This document shows, piece after piece, positions 10,020-19,361 of a stretch of 64,000 bases of DNA (positions are counted from its first letter, which is position 1; each line of letters starts with the position of its first letter). The notes below the pieces were generated by a model, which had not been told where the DNA came from, made no database searches, and was given only the letters and a program-made list of their open reading frames with translations. Both the position numbers and the translations under genes were made by a program. The stretch is taken from contig CAZBGC010000008.1 in the NCBI GenBank assembly GCA_964491205.1, forward strand, positions 14,675-78,674. The letters run 5' to 3'. This stretch comes from an uncultured Pirellulaceae bacterium. Lineage in GTDB: Bacteria > Planctomycetota > Planctomycetia > Pirellulales > Pirellulaceae.

Positions 10020-11228
10020 TTACTGAAGTTCCAGCGCGCCCCGGTCAATGTTGCCGACGCGCCGTTGGTTGCCGTAGACGTCCAGGCCATATTGGTCTTC
10101 ACCAGGAAGCCCTGAATTGACCGCTGGGCTAAACGATTCCAGTTGAAAAGTACCTGAACGGAAAACAGCAGGCCCATAAATATTGCTGCCATCTTGTGAC
10201 AAACCTTGCGTCGGCCCATCGATAACACTGTAGCCGACCCAGTAGTTGCTGGAGTCGTACTGCAGGGCTGCCTTCTTGCCGGCGCGGGCAACCAGAATGT
10301 TATTGTACGCGTAGATTCGCTCCGAACTGACAATCGAGATTTCACCACCGAAATCAAAGCTACCCATGTTGTTTACACAAGTATTATTTCGGATCCGGAT
10401 GTTCTGACTTAGGTAGTTGTGAATGCCCTGGCCGCCGTTTCCAAAACAAAGATTGTTCTCAACGACCGTCATCCGATCATAGGGCGAACCGCCACCATCC
10501 TGTTGATTGAAGAAATCATCCAACACGATTCCATTGCCGTCTGTCGGTCGTCCCCACAGAGGGTTATCCACGTAGTTCCAGTTTCCGTAACACGTGTTAT
10601 TTCGGATGATGATTCCGTACTTTCGTGAATCATTGCCGCGGTACTGCGGCTGATAGATCGAAATTCCGCTGTGTTGCTTCACATCAAAAAACGCGTTGTC
10701 ATGAACGCGATTCCACTCCACCAAGATCCAGTCGCTGCGATCGATCGAGATACCGCCCCCATAACAGTCGTGAACGCGATTGCTACGCACGCGAATGTGA
10801 TGACCACGATTGACTGAAATGCCTTTGGTCAATTGTGTATCGCCTGGATTTCTGACATCGAAACCCTGAATCAAAATGTAGTTCTTGTCGTAAGCGGCGA
10901 TGGATCCAACGACCTTCGCTCCACCAGAATTTTCACTGCGTAGTGCTAGCTCACCCGAGCTGCTTCCGCTTCGGCGGAACGTGACATTTTCGTTGTAAGT
11001 ACCATCCAAAACAATCACACGATCACCGGCTCCAGCCGAATCAAGCCCTCGCTGTATCGTGCGAAAGGGCGTTGAGCGATTTTGAGCCTGCGATGAACTT
11101 CGGCTGTCTGAGCCGGAAGGCGAGACGTATAGGTCTCGTGCTAGCGATACATCACCAAACAAAACCGAAAGGAAAACAGCCGCGAGTACGCGCATTCGAA
11201 CTCTGTTAATGGAAACGGCGTGACGCAT
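10020..11228 (-). CDS. Exported right-handed parallel beta-helix repeat protein (pectate-lyase fold)
   Basis: 402 aa with a signal peptide (RVLAAVFLSVLFGDVSLA). The N-terminal entry motif is DLYVSPSGSD...PFRTIQRGLDSAGAGDRVIVLDGTY. Periodic N/G/I-rich coils follow (IRVRSNRVHD, IIIRNNTCYGN, IRIRNNTCVNN). Confidence 0.75.
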   Translation of the reverse strand: MRHAVSINRVRMRVLAAVFLSVLFGDVSLARDLYVSPSGSDSRSSSQAQNRSTPFRTIQRGLDSAGAGDRVIVLDGTYNENVTFRRSGSSSGELALRSENSGGAKVVGSIAAYDKNYILIQGFDVRNPGDTQLTKGISVNRGHHIRVRSNRVHDCYGGGISIDRSDWILVEWNRVHDNAFFDVKQHSGISIYQPQYRGNDSRKYGIIIRNNTCYGNWNYVDNPLWGRPTDGNGIVLDDFFNQQDGGGSPYDRMTVVENNLCFGNGGQGIHNYLSQNIRIRNNTCVNNMGSFDFGGEISIVSSERIYAYNNILVARAGKKAALQYDSSNYWVGYSVIDGPTQGLSQDGSNIYGPAVFRSGTFQLESFSPAVNSGLPGEDQYGLDVYGNQRRVGNIDRGALELQ

Positions 11229-11352
11229 CGCTCAAAACCTGGAATGAAGAAAGTGATATTTCAGTGAACCAATGATAGCTGCACTGCGTTCGATTCAGCA
11301 GCAAAGTTCTTGAAACCCCGGCATTTCTCTCTGTAGCACCTAGCCAACTAGC

Positions 11353-14061
11353 CTATTTTCCACCGCTAACCGTGAATCCTGCCCACCGAAAGGGTGGGGC
11401 ATCGCTGTCCGACTCGTTCAATGATCCCATTTGAGCGAGCTGAGCTGCTTGCAAGGCTTTGGCTTTAGGGAGGCCATTTGCCAGTTGTCTGAAAAACTCA
11501 CTCATCAGCTCTGCGGTTCCCAAGTCTGGAATACTCCACAATGTCGAAATGACGCAGTCGCAGCCTGCCAACTCGAATGCGCGACGTAGACCGGCAACCC
11601 CGTTGCCATCCTCGATACGTCCGACGCCAGTGTTGCAAGCACTGAGCACGACTAATTCCGTGCCCGTAAGCTCTAGTTGCGCGATCTCCGATCCGGTGAG
11701 CACACCGTCATCCGTGCCGACAACCGAATTCATGTCATTGAATCCACTAAGCACAAGTCCACAACGTTGAAGCGGATCAAACACTTTCTCTTGGTCATCA
11801 ATAAAGAAGCCATGCGTTGCAAAAACGAGTACCCGCGGCGAGACGACTTTCTTAGCGACACTCTCCAACGCATATCTTCCTTGATAGACAACAGGTTCGA
11901 CGTCAAGCCATTTCGCTAGGCTCGGTTTGATCGCCTCGCACTCAGTAATCGTTCCCGGAAGTGGACCGGCGTGGAGCTCTTCGCGGTTTAGAATATTCCA
12001 TGGCTTCGTGCTGACATCATCGACGGGTGGTCGCCGAAAGATTGCTTGGTACGCACCGCGTTTATCGTCTCTTGAAAGATCAAAGTCTGGATTGGCAAAA
12101 GTTGCCGGCGGACTCGTTTTTTCAGGCGCTTGCGATCGACGATCTACCAGCTCTCGGCCACTTCCTAACGTGCAACTGGAATAGGACTGAACGAGTAAGC
12201 GACCATCACTGAGATGCATGGCAGCCCAGGGAACCAACCAAAGATCGCCGTCAAGGCTAAGCCAAAGATGAGTCGCTTCATCAGGCAGCACTTCCTGCAA
12301 CGGAATCCAAATGGCCTGGGATAGTTCGCGGGTTTGCTCCGCGAGTTTGGTTTTGTCGCCACCAACAATTAACCGACGTACCTCTTGGATGCGTGAATCG
12401 ATTTCGGCTGCATCCCCCAAGTCGATTCGGCGAATGTCTCCTTCCTTGGGGGTGATCCAGGCGACATAGCGAGCGCTGCCAAGCCGCTGGGAATAGCTCT
12501 TTCCTTTGAACCGAATTTCGTCTTGGCGTACGAAGTCAATTAGGACAGCGTCTGCGTCCAAGCAGCGACGGATCTGTTCTAACGAAACTTGTTCTTTCGC
12601 TCTTTCGGCTTGCTCAGGCGTGCTGAGGCGTTTACTGTCAATCAAAGCTTCGGCAGCGATCGACTTGCCATTGGCAAGCCACTGGGCACTCCCCGCTAGA
12701 ACCGCTTGCGAATTCGGAAACTCGAAAGCAAGCGACAAGGCTGCATAGAGAGTCCAGTCGATTCGGCGCCGCATAAAATCGTGTTGTTCGGTGCTGGATA
12801 ACTTCGGAAGCATCCGCCAAGCCGACAGGTTTGCGTTTTGGCGTGACTTGTTGAACTGAACAATGGCAGCCGACGGATCATTTGCATTCGCTTCCAAAAT
12901 CCCCAGGAAAGCTCGCGATGCCGCCCCATTGGCGTCCCGATCCGAATCACTCTGTTCCAAAAATTCAGCTGTCTGCGTCAGCAGTCCGCGAGCACGCTCG
13001 ACTTGCCCCAAATCCATCAGCGTGCAACCCAAATTATGTCGCGTTGTGGCTGTCGATGGATGGTCTGCTCCCAAGGACTGAATCTGCACCGCCAGGGCCG
13101 CACGGAGTAATTCCACCGCTTTGTCCAGGGCTCCTCTGTCGCTGTAGATTTGCCCCAAGTTGTTTTGGATTCGAGCTGTTGCAGGGTGCTCCTTACCGAG
13201 CGTGTTCTCGTAGATCGATAAGGATCGCTTGTAGACGCGGATCGCTTCTTCGTCTCGCCCACGAAGGCTATATAGCAAGCCAAGATTGTTTAAAGAAATG
13301 GCCGTCTCTACATGCTCTTTTCCGAACAACATCTCCGAAGTTGCCAACGACTGACTTAGATTGGCCTCGGCCTGCTTCCACTGCCCAAGCTTGATTTGTG
13401 TCATCCCCACATTGTTAAGTGATACGATCGTCGCATTGTTTTGCTCTCCGAACAGTCGGCGGTTGATGGCGAGTGATTTTTGACCGTAACCAAGCGATTC
13501 AACAAATTCGCCTGTCTCGTTCAACAGATCGCAAAAATTTGCATAGGCCTCGGCAAGGTCTTTTTCAGATTCGGCTCCCGCGCCCTCCAAGATCGTAAGT
13601 GATGTTTGATATTGTTGCCGAGCAGCTTTCAGCTTCCCTTGCATTCGGTAGATGGACCCCAGAGCATTATGTGCGGCACCAGAAATCGGGTGACGCGGAC
13701 CTAACCGATTCGAAGAACTCTGGAGAGTCGATAGAAGTTGCTCCGCTGCGGCTTGGTAGTCACCGGCCGAACGCAACAAGATTCCTCGCTGGATTCCGAG
13801 ACGAATCACGTCTGGGTTCGATGCCCCCATGAGTCTTTCCGCAGTGCCCTGGAGTCTGCCTGCGGTTTCAGCTGCTTGGCGAAAATCACCTTGCTCTGTT
13901 TGCCGTTTCAACAGCCCCATTTCGATTCGTAACGAGTCGACTGATGGCGACTGCGCGGATAACGGACCGACGCCTAGACAGGCCGCCCAAAGGAACCATG
14001 CAAGAAAAGAAACCGAAGTCGGAAAGACGTAACGTATCATGATCGCCAAGTTACTCATCAA
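11353..14061 (-). CDS. TPR-repeat protein with C-terminal CHAT (caspase-like, clan CD) protease domain
   Basis: 902 aa with a hydrophobic N-terminus ending GPLSAQS. It carries many TPR_12-type repeats (LNNLGLLYSLRGRDEEAIRVYKRSL and similar). The CHAT dyad context is FATHGFF (His codon 11812-11814) and LSACNTGVG (Cys codon 11635-11637). Confidence 0.85.
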   Translation of the reverse strand: MMSNLAIMIRYVFPTSVSFLAWFLWAACLGVGPLSAQSPSVDSLRIEMGLLKRQTEQGDFRQAAETAGRLQGTAERLMGASNPDVIRLGIQRGILLRSAGDYQAAAEQLLSTLQSSSNRLGPRHPISGAAHNALGSIYRMQGKLKAARQQYQTSLTILEGAGAESEKDLAEAYANFCDLLNETGEFVESLGYGQKSLAINRRLFGEQNNATIVSLNNVGMTQIKLGQWKQAEANLSQSLATSEMLFGKEHVETAISLNNLGLLYSLRGRDEEAIRVYKRSLSIYENTLGKEHPATARIQNNLGQIYSDRGALDKAVELLRAALAVQIQSLGADHPSTATTRHNLGCTLMDLGQVERARGLLTQTAEFLEQSDSDRDANGAASRAFLGILEANANDPSAAIVQFNKSRQNANLSAWRMLPKLSSTEQHDFMRRRIDWTLYAALSLAFEFPNSQAVLAGSAQWLANGKSIAAEALIDSKRLSTPEQAERAKEQVSLEQIRRCLDADAVLIDFVRQDEIRFKGKSYSQRLGSARYVAWITPKEGDIRRIDLGDAAEIDSRIQEVRRLIVGGDKTKLAEQTRELSQAIWIPLQEVLPDEATHLWLSLDGDLWLVPWAAMHLSDGRLLVQSYSSCTLGSGRELVDRRSQAPEKTSPPATFANPDFDLSRDDKRGAYQAIFRRPPVDDVSTKPWNILNREELHAGPLPGTITECEAIKPSLAKWLDVEPVVYQGRYALESVAKKVVSPRVLVFATHGFFIDDQEKVFDPLQRCGLVLSGFNDMNSVVGTDDGVLTGSEIAQLELTGTELVVLSACNTGVGRIEDGNGVAGLRRAFELAGCDCVISTLWSIPDLGTAELMSEFFRQLANGLPKAKALQAAQLAQMGSLNESDSDAPPFRWAGFTVSGGK

Positions 14062-14088
14062 GCTGTCATTTTGTCGTGGGCGACTTCA

Positions 14089-15558
14089 CTAACGCATTGC
14101 TTCCGCATCGCGCTTGATTCCCGCAACCATCTTGGGAAAAACGAACCAATGCAGCGGGCACACGGCATACCAGTAAGCGAGCCCCAACAGCCCTCGTGGT
14201 CGAAATCGAGCCGTCTGAATGAGACGCGTACCCTGTCCACGGTTTGGTTCCACACGGAATTCAAGTTCGGCGTCGCCCGGCAATTTCATTTCCGCGTGAA
14301 GTCGCAGCCACTTGCCTTTCTCATAGCCGTTTACTCGCCAAAAATCAACGGCTTCGCCGTAGCTCAAGTCTTGAGGATGACGTCTTCCTCGCCGCAAGCC
14401 TGGCCCGCCGATTGCCTTGTCCATCAACCCTCTCAGCCACCACAACCAATCTGCTCCCCAGTATCCGTAGCGGCCCCCGATTCGACTGAGCGCTCGAAAC
14501 GTTTCATCCGGGCCAGCTTGGATCGTTTGAATTCGCTCGTCCTTGAATACCTTGCCACCGGACCACTGAGGATCGCCTGGCATTTCTCCGGCAGTGGACC
14601 ATCGCGTTTCTATCTCACCCGATTCCAACTTACCGATCGCGGCGTCGATCGCTTCTTGCACGGTGAACAGCGCTCCGGGCATCAGTTGCTGAGCGACATT
14701 GTCACGGCAGACTGTCCGATTCCGTAGACCTTCGGCAAGCGGCCTGGCGATACTTGCGTTAACGGGTGTAACCAGAGAGATCCACGCTGAACTGAGTCTT
14801 GGCGTCAACACAGGAACCGGAAGAATAATTCGCCGCTGAAGACCAAGGGATGATGCCATGACTTGCATTAGCTGCTTGTAGCTAAATACATCCCTGCAGC
14901 CGATGTCGATCACTCGCTCCTGGGTCTCGGTGACATCCAAGCACTCGACGAGGTAACGAAGTACGTCACGGATGGCGATGGGCTGTGTTTGAGTATCTAC
15001 CCACTTGGGCGTGATCATGATTGGTAGTCGTTCGACCAAATAACGCAAAATCTCAAACGAAGCTGACCCGGAGCCGATAATCATCGCCGCGCGAAACACC
15101 GTTGTCGCGCAGTCGCTCGTTTGCAAAATCTCAGCGACTTCGCGTCGGCTAGCCAGATGGTCGCTTAAGTTTGGCCCCAGTTCGCCAAGGCCGCCCAAGT
15201 AAATGATACGTTTGCAGTTGGAACCACTGAGGCCATTGACGAAGTTGGTGGCAAGTTCTCGATCGCGTCGCGCGTAGTCTTCGCCCGCGCTGATCATGGC
15301 GTGTACCAGGTAGTACGCGGCATCAGTGTCTTCGGCGGCTCGTCGGATCGTGCTCGTGTCACACAAATCGCCCTCAACGATCTCCAAACGCTCGTGATTG
15401 CGCCAGGAGTAGGCACAGAGTTTTTCGGGGCTACGAACAAGGCAACGGACTGTGAGACCACGTTCTAGAAAACGAGGAACAAGCCGACCACCGACGTAGC
15501 CGGTCGCACCGCAGACGAGAACACGCTTGATATTTGAATCGCTCAAAATCGCTTCCAT
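14089..15558 (-). CDS. NAD(P)-binding SDR-family protein with C-terminal DUF2867 domain
   Basis: The track ORF extends to 15597. The ATG at 15558 gives MEAILSDSNIKRVLVCGATGYVGGRL, a Rossmann GxxGxxG motif. The C-terminal WLRLHAEMKLPGDAELEFRV segment is typical of DUF2867. Confidence 0.8.
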   Translation of the reverse strand: MEAILSDSNIKRVLVCGATGYVGGRLVPRFLERGLTVRCLVRSPEKLCAYSWRNHERLEIVEGDLCDTSTIRRAAEDTDAAYYLVHAMISAGEDYARRDRELATNFVNGLSGSNCKRIIYLGGLGELGPNLSDHLASRREVAEILQTSDCATTVFRAAMIIGSGSASFEILRYLVERLPIMITPKWVDTQTQPIAIRDVLRYLVECLDVTETQERVIDIGCRDVFSYKQLMQVMASSLGLQRRIILPVPVLTPRLSSAWISLVTPVNASIARPLAEGLRNRTVCRDNVAQQLMPGALFTVQEAIDAAIGKLESGEIETRWSTAGEMPGDPQWSGGKVFKDERIQTIQAGPDETFRALSRIGGRYGYWGADWLWWLRGLMDKAIGGPGLRRGRRHPQDLSYGEAVDFWRVNGYEKGKWLRLHAEMKLPGDAELEFRVEPNRGQGTRLIQTARFRPRGLLGLAYWYAVCPLHWFVFPKMVAGIKRDAEAMR

Positions 15559-15787
15559 GAGGCAAGTGACAGACAATCGATTGTCTGAAGGTGGCAAGCG
15601 AAACGCTGATACTGGCGAATAATTGGCTGGCGGCTATCCATCGTTAAGCGATTGAATGATCTGTTCAATTTGCGTTCTCACCTCCAAGCTCATGTTGCTT
15701 CTGCCCATTAGAAGCAGCCGTTGGACGGTGGGCCCCAGACTTGGCGTCGAGTACTCTTGACGTCAGGTAGCGGGGCACGATGCAAGC

Positions 15788-16036
15788 CTACCTTTGTCCA
15801 ACCAACCAAACGCGCTTACAAATGTGGAGGCTTGAACCAGCCGATCTCGGATTCATGCCTTGACCATGCAAAACGACGCCGCGTTTGTTCTGATAGAACG
15901 GGGCATCACGTATCCGTCCCGTATCAATTTCCTTTACGTCACCCGCTTGGTAGCGATAAACCCCCAGACTGTATGCCTGATCCGACTTCAGAGACGCGAA
16001 CGTGAAGTAGAACCGCCGGATTTTTGGGGTCGGCAT
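15788..16036 (-). CDS. Possible small hypothetical protein (82 aa)
   Basis: This is the only ORF of note in an otherwise empty ~490-nt gap. Codon choice in its first half looks like that of neighbouring genes (TTC TAC TTC ACG TTC GCG). I recognise no family, and a competing + strand ORF (15860-16093) overlaps it. Confidence 0.25.
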   Translation of the reverse strand: MPTPKIRRFYFTFASLKSDQAYSLGVYRYQAGDVKEIDTGRIRDAPFYQNKRGVVLHGQGMNPRSAGSSLHICKRVWLVGQR

Positions 16037-16089
16037 CGATTCGCTCGAAGTGCTTCTTGTAGCGACCAGGATGCTTGGGCTACGAATGG

Positions 16090-17127
16090 CTAGCTGTCGT
16101 CAAACTCAACCATCGGATCATCCAGATCGTCCGCATCATCATCGCCGAAGTCAATGTCATCCTCATCGTCTAGCATTTCGCCCCGTTGCAGTAGTTCTTC
16201 TGGTGGTTCCTTACCGTCTTCAGGGATCCAGCGAATCGTTGGCCTGGGCGGGTCGGAGAGCGATTCATCACACTCCATCGCGCTCCACGTGACTTCGCCA
16301 GGGCCATCCGCTGTGTCACCTTCATCGACTTCATCATCCATGTTGAGCATGTACAACGAAGCGTTGCGCAAAAATCGCTCGACATCTGCGGGCTCGTAGA
16401 CATCGCTATCGTAGACGGCTTCCAAATCGGGAAGATCCAATTGTCCATTACCCACCGTGTCCATGAGCGCCCAGGATTCACTGGCGCGAAACAACCTGAC
16501 GTTGGTCCACATATCCAGGGGCGGCAGGTCATGATTCCATGCGTAATTCAGCCCTTGGCGAAGACCATTTTCATCACGCAAAATTTCGCCACCCGGGTTG
16601 AAATAGCAGATCGCTTTGGGCAATTCCAATACGGCCGAAACGGCACGCGTCAAGAATTTCATTTCGTCTATCGGATCGTAGTCTTCTGGTACTAACGGGA
16701 CGTCGGCATCATCGTCCTCGTCTTCACTACCTAGTACGTAGCTGATTAAGAATCGGACGTGCGCAGTGTGTTTCTTTGCAGCATCAGTTCCCTCTTCCCA
16801 ACCCCAAGACTGTTCCGTCGCACGCTCCAGGCATCCGGGAAAAGCCAACGGTCCAAATTGCCCAAGTGACCAAGCGACGAACCGCTCCGGAGATTCGTCA
16901 GGATCACCCATGTCGTCGGGCCAGAGTCCTGTCGAAGGTGTGACCAATAGATGGCCTTTGACTTCCGGTCGATAACGCATCACAAGCGTCTCAGGCGAAT
17001 CATCATCTTCGATGGACTCGTGGCGTCCAACGATCTCAAAATCTTTCAGGCAGCCTTCCAGTTCCGCCATTGAAATGGGTTCCTCCAAGAGGATGCACAT
17101 CCCTTGAGTGAAAAGACCTTTGGCCAT
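16090..17127 (-). CDS. Hypothetical cytoplasmic protein with extremely acidic C-terminal tail (possibly DUF4261-like)
   Basis: The track ORF starts at a TTG at 17187; an ATG at 17127 gives MAKGLFTQG. There is no signal peptide. The tail reads EMLDDEDDIDFGDDDADDLDDPMVEFDDS, and an internal SEDEDDDADVPLVPEDYD is also present. The DUF4261 assignment rests on my memory of the family and is weak. Confidence 0.55.
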   Translation of the reverse strand: MAKGLFTQGMCILLEEPISMAELEGCLKDFEIVGRHESIEDDDSPETLVMRYRPEVKGHLLVTPSTGLWPDDMGDPDESPERFVAWSLGQFGPLAFPGCLERATEQSWGWEEGTDAAKKHTAHVRFLISYVLGSEDEDDDADVPLVPEDYDPIDEMKFLTRAVSAVLELPKAICYFNPGGEILRDENGLRQGLNYAWNHDLPPLDMWTNVRLFRASESWALMDTVGNGQLDLPDLEAVYDSDVYEPADVERFLRNASLYMLNMDDEVDEGDTADGPGEVTWSAMECDESLSDPPRPTIRWIPEDGKEPPEELLQRGEMLDDEDDIDFGDDDADDLDDPMVEFDDS

Positions 17128-17240
17128 GTTGCTGCAACTGAGAACTGCGGACGAAACGGACACTCTTTTTAACGCAGTGAGCACCAAACGACGAGGCCAA
17201 GTGATTTCGCGGGACTATCCCACGTACTTCACAAGTGGTT

Positions 17241-18524
17241 CTATGCAGCCAAAGGCGGGCGTTCGGCAGGTAGCCGCTGTCTCGTCGGTGACGGCCTGTT
17301 CGTTTGCGGCCCGCTCCAGGCAAACCCAAGCTTCTTCCCCAACCTGGTCTGACGGATGAACGCTTCATACAACAGAAGCGAAACCGTCACGCTGACGGCG
17401 AAGGCCAGCAAAGTCTTGATGACCGGCGAGAGCGTCGGAAAGCACCATTTCAGGTCGATATGGGCCAACCCCAGCAGTGGGTGATGAACCAGATAGATCC
17501 AAAAGGAAGCAGCGGCCAAGTACTGTATTCTGATACCATTTCGATGAATCAAACGCACTGACAATCCGATCACGGAAAGGGTCATCAAAGCGGCGCCTGA
17601 AGTCGTGACCAGCGCCAAGATTGTCTGAGCAAAGAGTGGACTCGTGGCTTGCTTGTGTGCAGCATCAAATCGCAGATGCCAGCGTCCTAAGAAAACTGCA
17701 GCAGCCAAGAAGAGCACTGCGATGGAAAAAAGTCGTGGCGCGTGGAATGGCAACTTGTCCAAATTGGGGTCGGCATAGCCCAAGAGCAACCCACCAGCGA
17801 AAAATGTTCCACTGTAAATCCACTTGCTCGGAACCGGTGCGAATGCGTGTTGAAAACCCCAGACAACTTCGGGACGAAAGATCAGCGTCAATGTCGCTGT
17901 CAAAAACAGGCTGACCACCAACGACCATGCGTGTTTGCCTGCAACCTGATGAATCATCGCGTCTAGCCGCGGTGATTCTCTGACCACCCAAGCGGCCGTC
18001 GATGTAATGGCAATGTACAAGAATAAGTACAGCAGAAACCAAAGATGACTCAGCCCCCAAATGTTCTCGCCCAACGCACCATCGAACTTCAGACTCTTTA
18101 TTTTGACGGGCGAGACCAACCCGTCTGCTATCCAGCCTGCAATCCAAATGTACAAGTCGATCGGTAACACCACGACCATGCCGAAAAGCAGCGGGACCAG
18201 CAGGCGTCGCGCGCGACTTGCGACAAGAAAGCCATGCCCCTTACGGAGCAATGTTTGCCACGCAAAGAATCCTGCCAGCACCAAAAACACTGGCATGATA
18301 AATACTTCAATACTCCAGAACATGAAATCGACCGGAGTGCTGGCAGCGTCTCGCGTAGCCCACTGTAGCCCGGGCATCGGATGTTCTAAGTAGGGCACGC
18401 ATGCATGGAGCAGCACAACGCCCAAAGCGGCGATCGCTCGGACGCAGTTCAGCCCTGGGAGGTCTCGCTTGCCCGTTGTCAGCTGAGAGCCCATGTTATG
18501 CAAACGTAGTGGCGGCGCATTCAT
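17241..18524 (-). CDS. Acyltransferase family 3 integral membrane protein (OpgC/OafA-like)
   Basis: 427 aa with about 10 hydrophobic segments. The N-terminal motif LPGLNCVRAIAALGVVLLHACVPY and the segment FIMPVFLVLAGFFAW are typical of this family. Confidence 0.8.
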   Translation of the reverse strand: MNAPPLRLHNMGSQLTTGKRDLPGLNCVRAIAALGVVLLHACVPYLEHPMPGLQWATRDAASTPVDFMFWSIEVFIMPVFLVLAGFFAWQTLLRKGHGFLVASRARRLLVPLLFGMVVVLPIDLYIWIAGWIADGLVSPVKIKSLKFDGALGENIWGLSHLWFLLYLFLYIAITSTAAWVVRESPRLDAMIHQVAGKHAWSLVVSLFLTATLTLIFRPEVVWGFQHAFAPVPSKWIYSGTFFAGGLLLGYADPNLDKLPFHAPRLFSIAVLFLAAAVFLGRWHLRFDAAHKQATSPLFAQTILALVTTSGAALMTLSVIGLSVRLIHRNGIRIQYLAAASFWIYLVHHPLLGLAHIDLKWCFPTLSPVIKTLLAFAVSVTVSLLLYEAFIRQTRLGKKLGFAWSGPQTNRPSPTRQRLPAERPPLAA

Positions 18525-18633
18525 GTCCTGCCGAATACCAAATCGCTACAAACCAATGAAACCCCAAGGCTGCGACTGGCTTTTGAAAGCAATCCCCCAT
18601 CCCGTCGATATACGTTTCGGTTAAGCTACGAGA

Positions 18634-19314
18634 ATGAATACTCAACCAACGTTTCACAGCGTCTACTTCGCCATCCTATTGATACCGATAGGATTATTGA
18701 TATCGATAGGCTGTAGCTCCGGTGATCCCGCTCCCACTGCCGTCCAAAAAACTGAAGCATCAGGTAGTGGGGCTTTGACAAATGCTGAAACGTCAGCAGA
18801 GCCTGAAACTCCAGACACGGCACCGCTCTACAGCGACGATGCTTTCCGCGATGCGGCGTTGAACGGGAAAATGGAAGTCGTTCGCTCCGCGCTGGACTCC
18901 GGCACTGACGTCAACGCGGCAGGACCCGACAAGCGAATTGCGCTGCACTTGGCTGCATTCAACGGCCACACACCCATTGTGAAATTGCTGCTGGAACGGG
19001 GAGCAAAAGTCAATCATCTGGACAAAATTGGTCGCTCGGCCCTGATGTACGCTTCGACTGAAGACAACGCCCCCGTGGTCAACCTCCTACTTGATGCTGA
19101 CGCCGAAGTGAACCTAGCAGACAAGGACGAGGGTTTCAGCGCTTTGATGTTCGCGGCGGCGGAGGGGCAAGCCGATGTCGTCGAATTGCTGCTCGCCGCC
19201 GGAGCCGACACCAGCATGCAAGACATCGATGGAGAAAATGCAAGGGTTTTTGCGAAACAGAAAAACCATCAGGCCGTCCTGAAACTGTTGGACAAGTACG
19301 AGGCCAAGAAGTAG
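18634..19314 (+). CDS. Ankyrin-repeat lipoprotein
   Basis: 226 aa. A lipobox-like LISIGCSSG is present. At least four ANK repeats follow (ALHLAAFNGHTPIVKLLLERGAKVNHLD; SALMYAS...; SALMFAAAEGQADVVELLLAAGADTS). Confidence 0.85.
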   Translation: MNTQPTFHSVYFAILLIPIGLLISIGCSSGDPAPTAVQKTEASGSGALTNAETSAEPETPDTAPLYSDDAFRDAALNGKMEVVRSALDSGTDVNAAGPDKRIALHLAAFNGHTPIVKLLLERGAKVNHLDKIGRSALMYASTEDNAPVVNLLLDADAEVNLADKDEGFSALMFAAAEGQADVVELLLAAGADTSMQDIDGENARVFAKQKNHQAVLKLLDKYEAKK

Positions 19315-19325
19315 CCCCCCGCTGG

Positions 19326-19361
19326 GTTGAATGACACGACTCTCAGCGAGTGCTATTCAAC
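19326..19361. terminator. Hairpin between convergent genes (ankyrin gene and C13-like gene)
   Basis: GTTGAATgaCAC (19326-19337) pairs with GTGctATTCAAC (19350-19361). That gives 7+3 bp around a 2-nt mismatch with a 12-nt loop. No U-tract is present. Confidence 0.35.

Noticed and set aside
9926-10357. 143-aa minus-strand ORF overlapping the 3' end of the beta-helix gene and the following spacer
   Set aside because: It overlaps the well-supported beta-helix CDS in a different frame and has no recognisable features.
11353-14061. CHAT protein as a CRISPR type III-E (Craspase/Csx29-like) or vWA-MoxR ternary-system effector
   Set aside because: There is no CRISPR array or gRAMP/cas gene in the window. 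The MoxR cluster is over 5 kb away, separated by unrelated genes on both strands. The CHAT protein appears to be exported.
14071-14727. 218-aa plus-strand ORF
   Set aside because: It is fully antisense to the SDR/DUF2867 gene, whose frame has strong family motifs.
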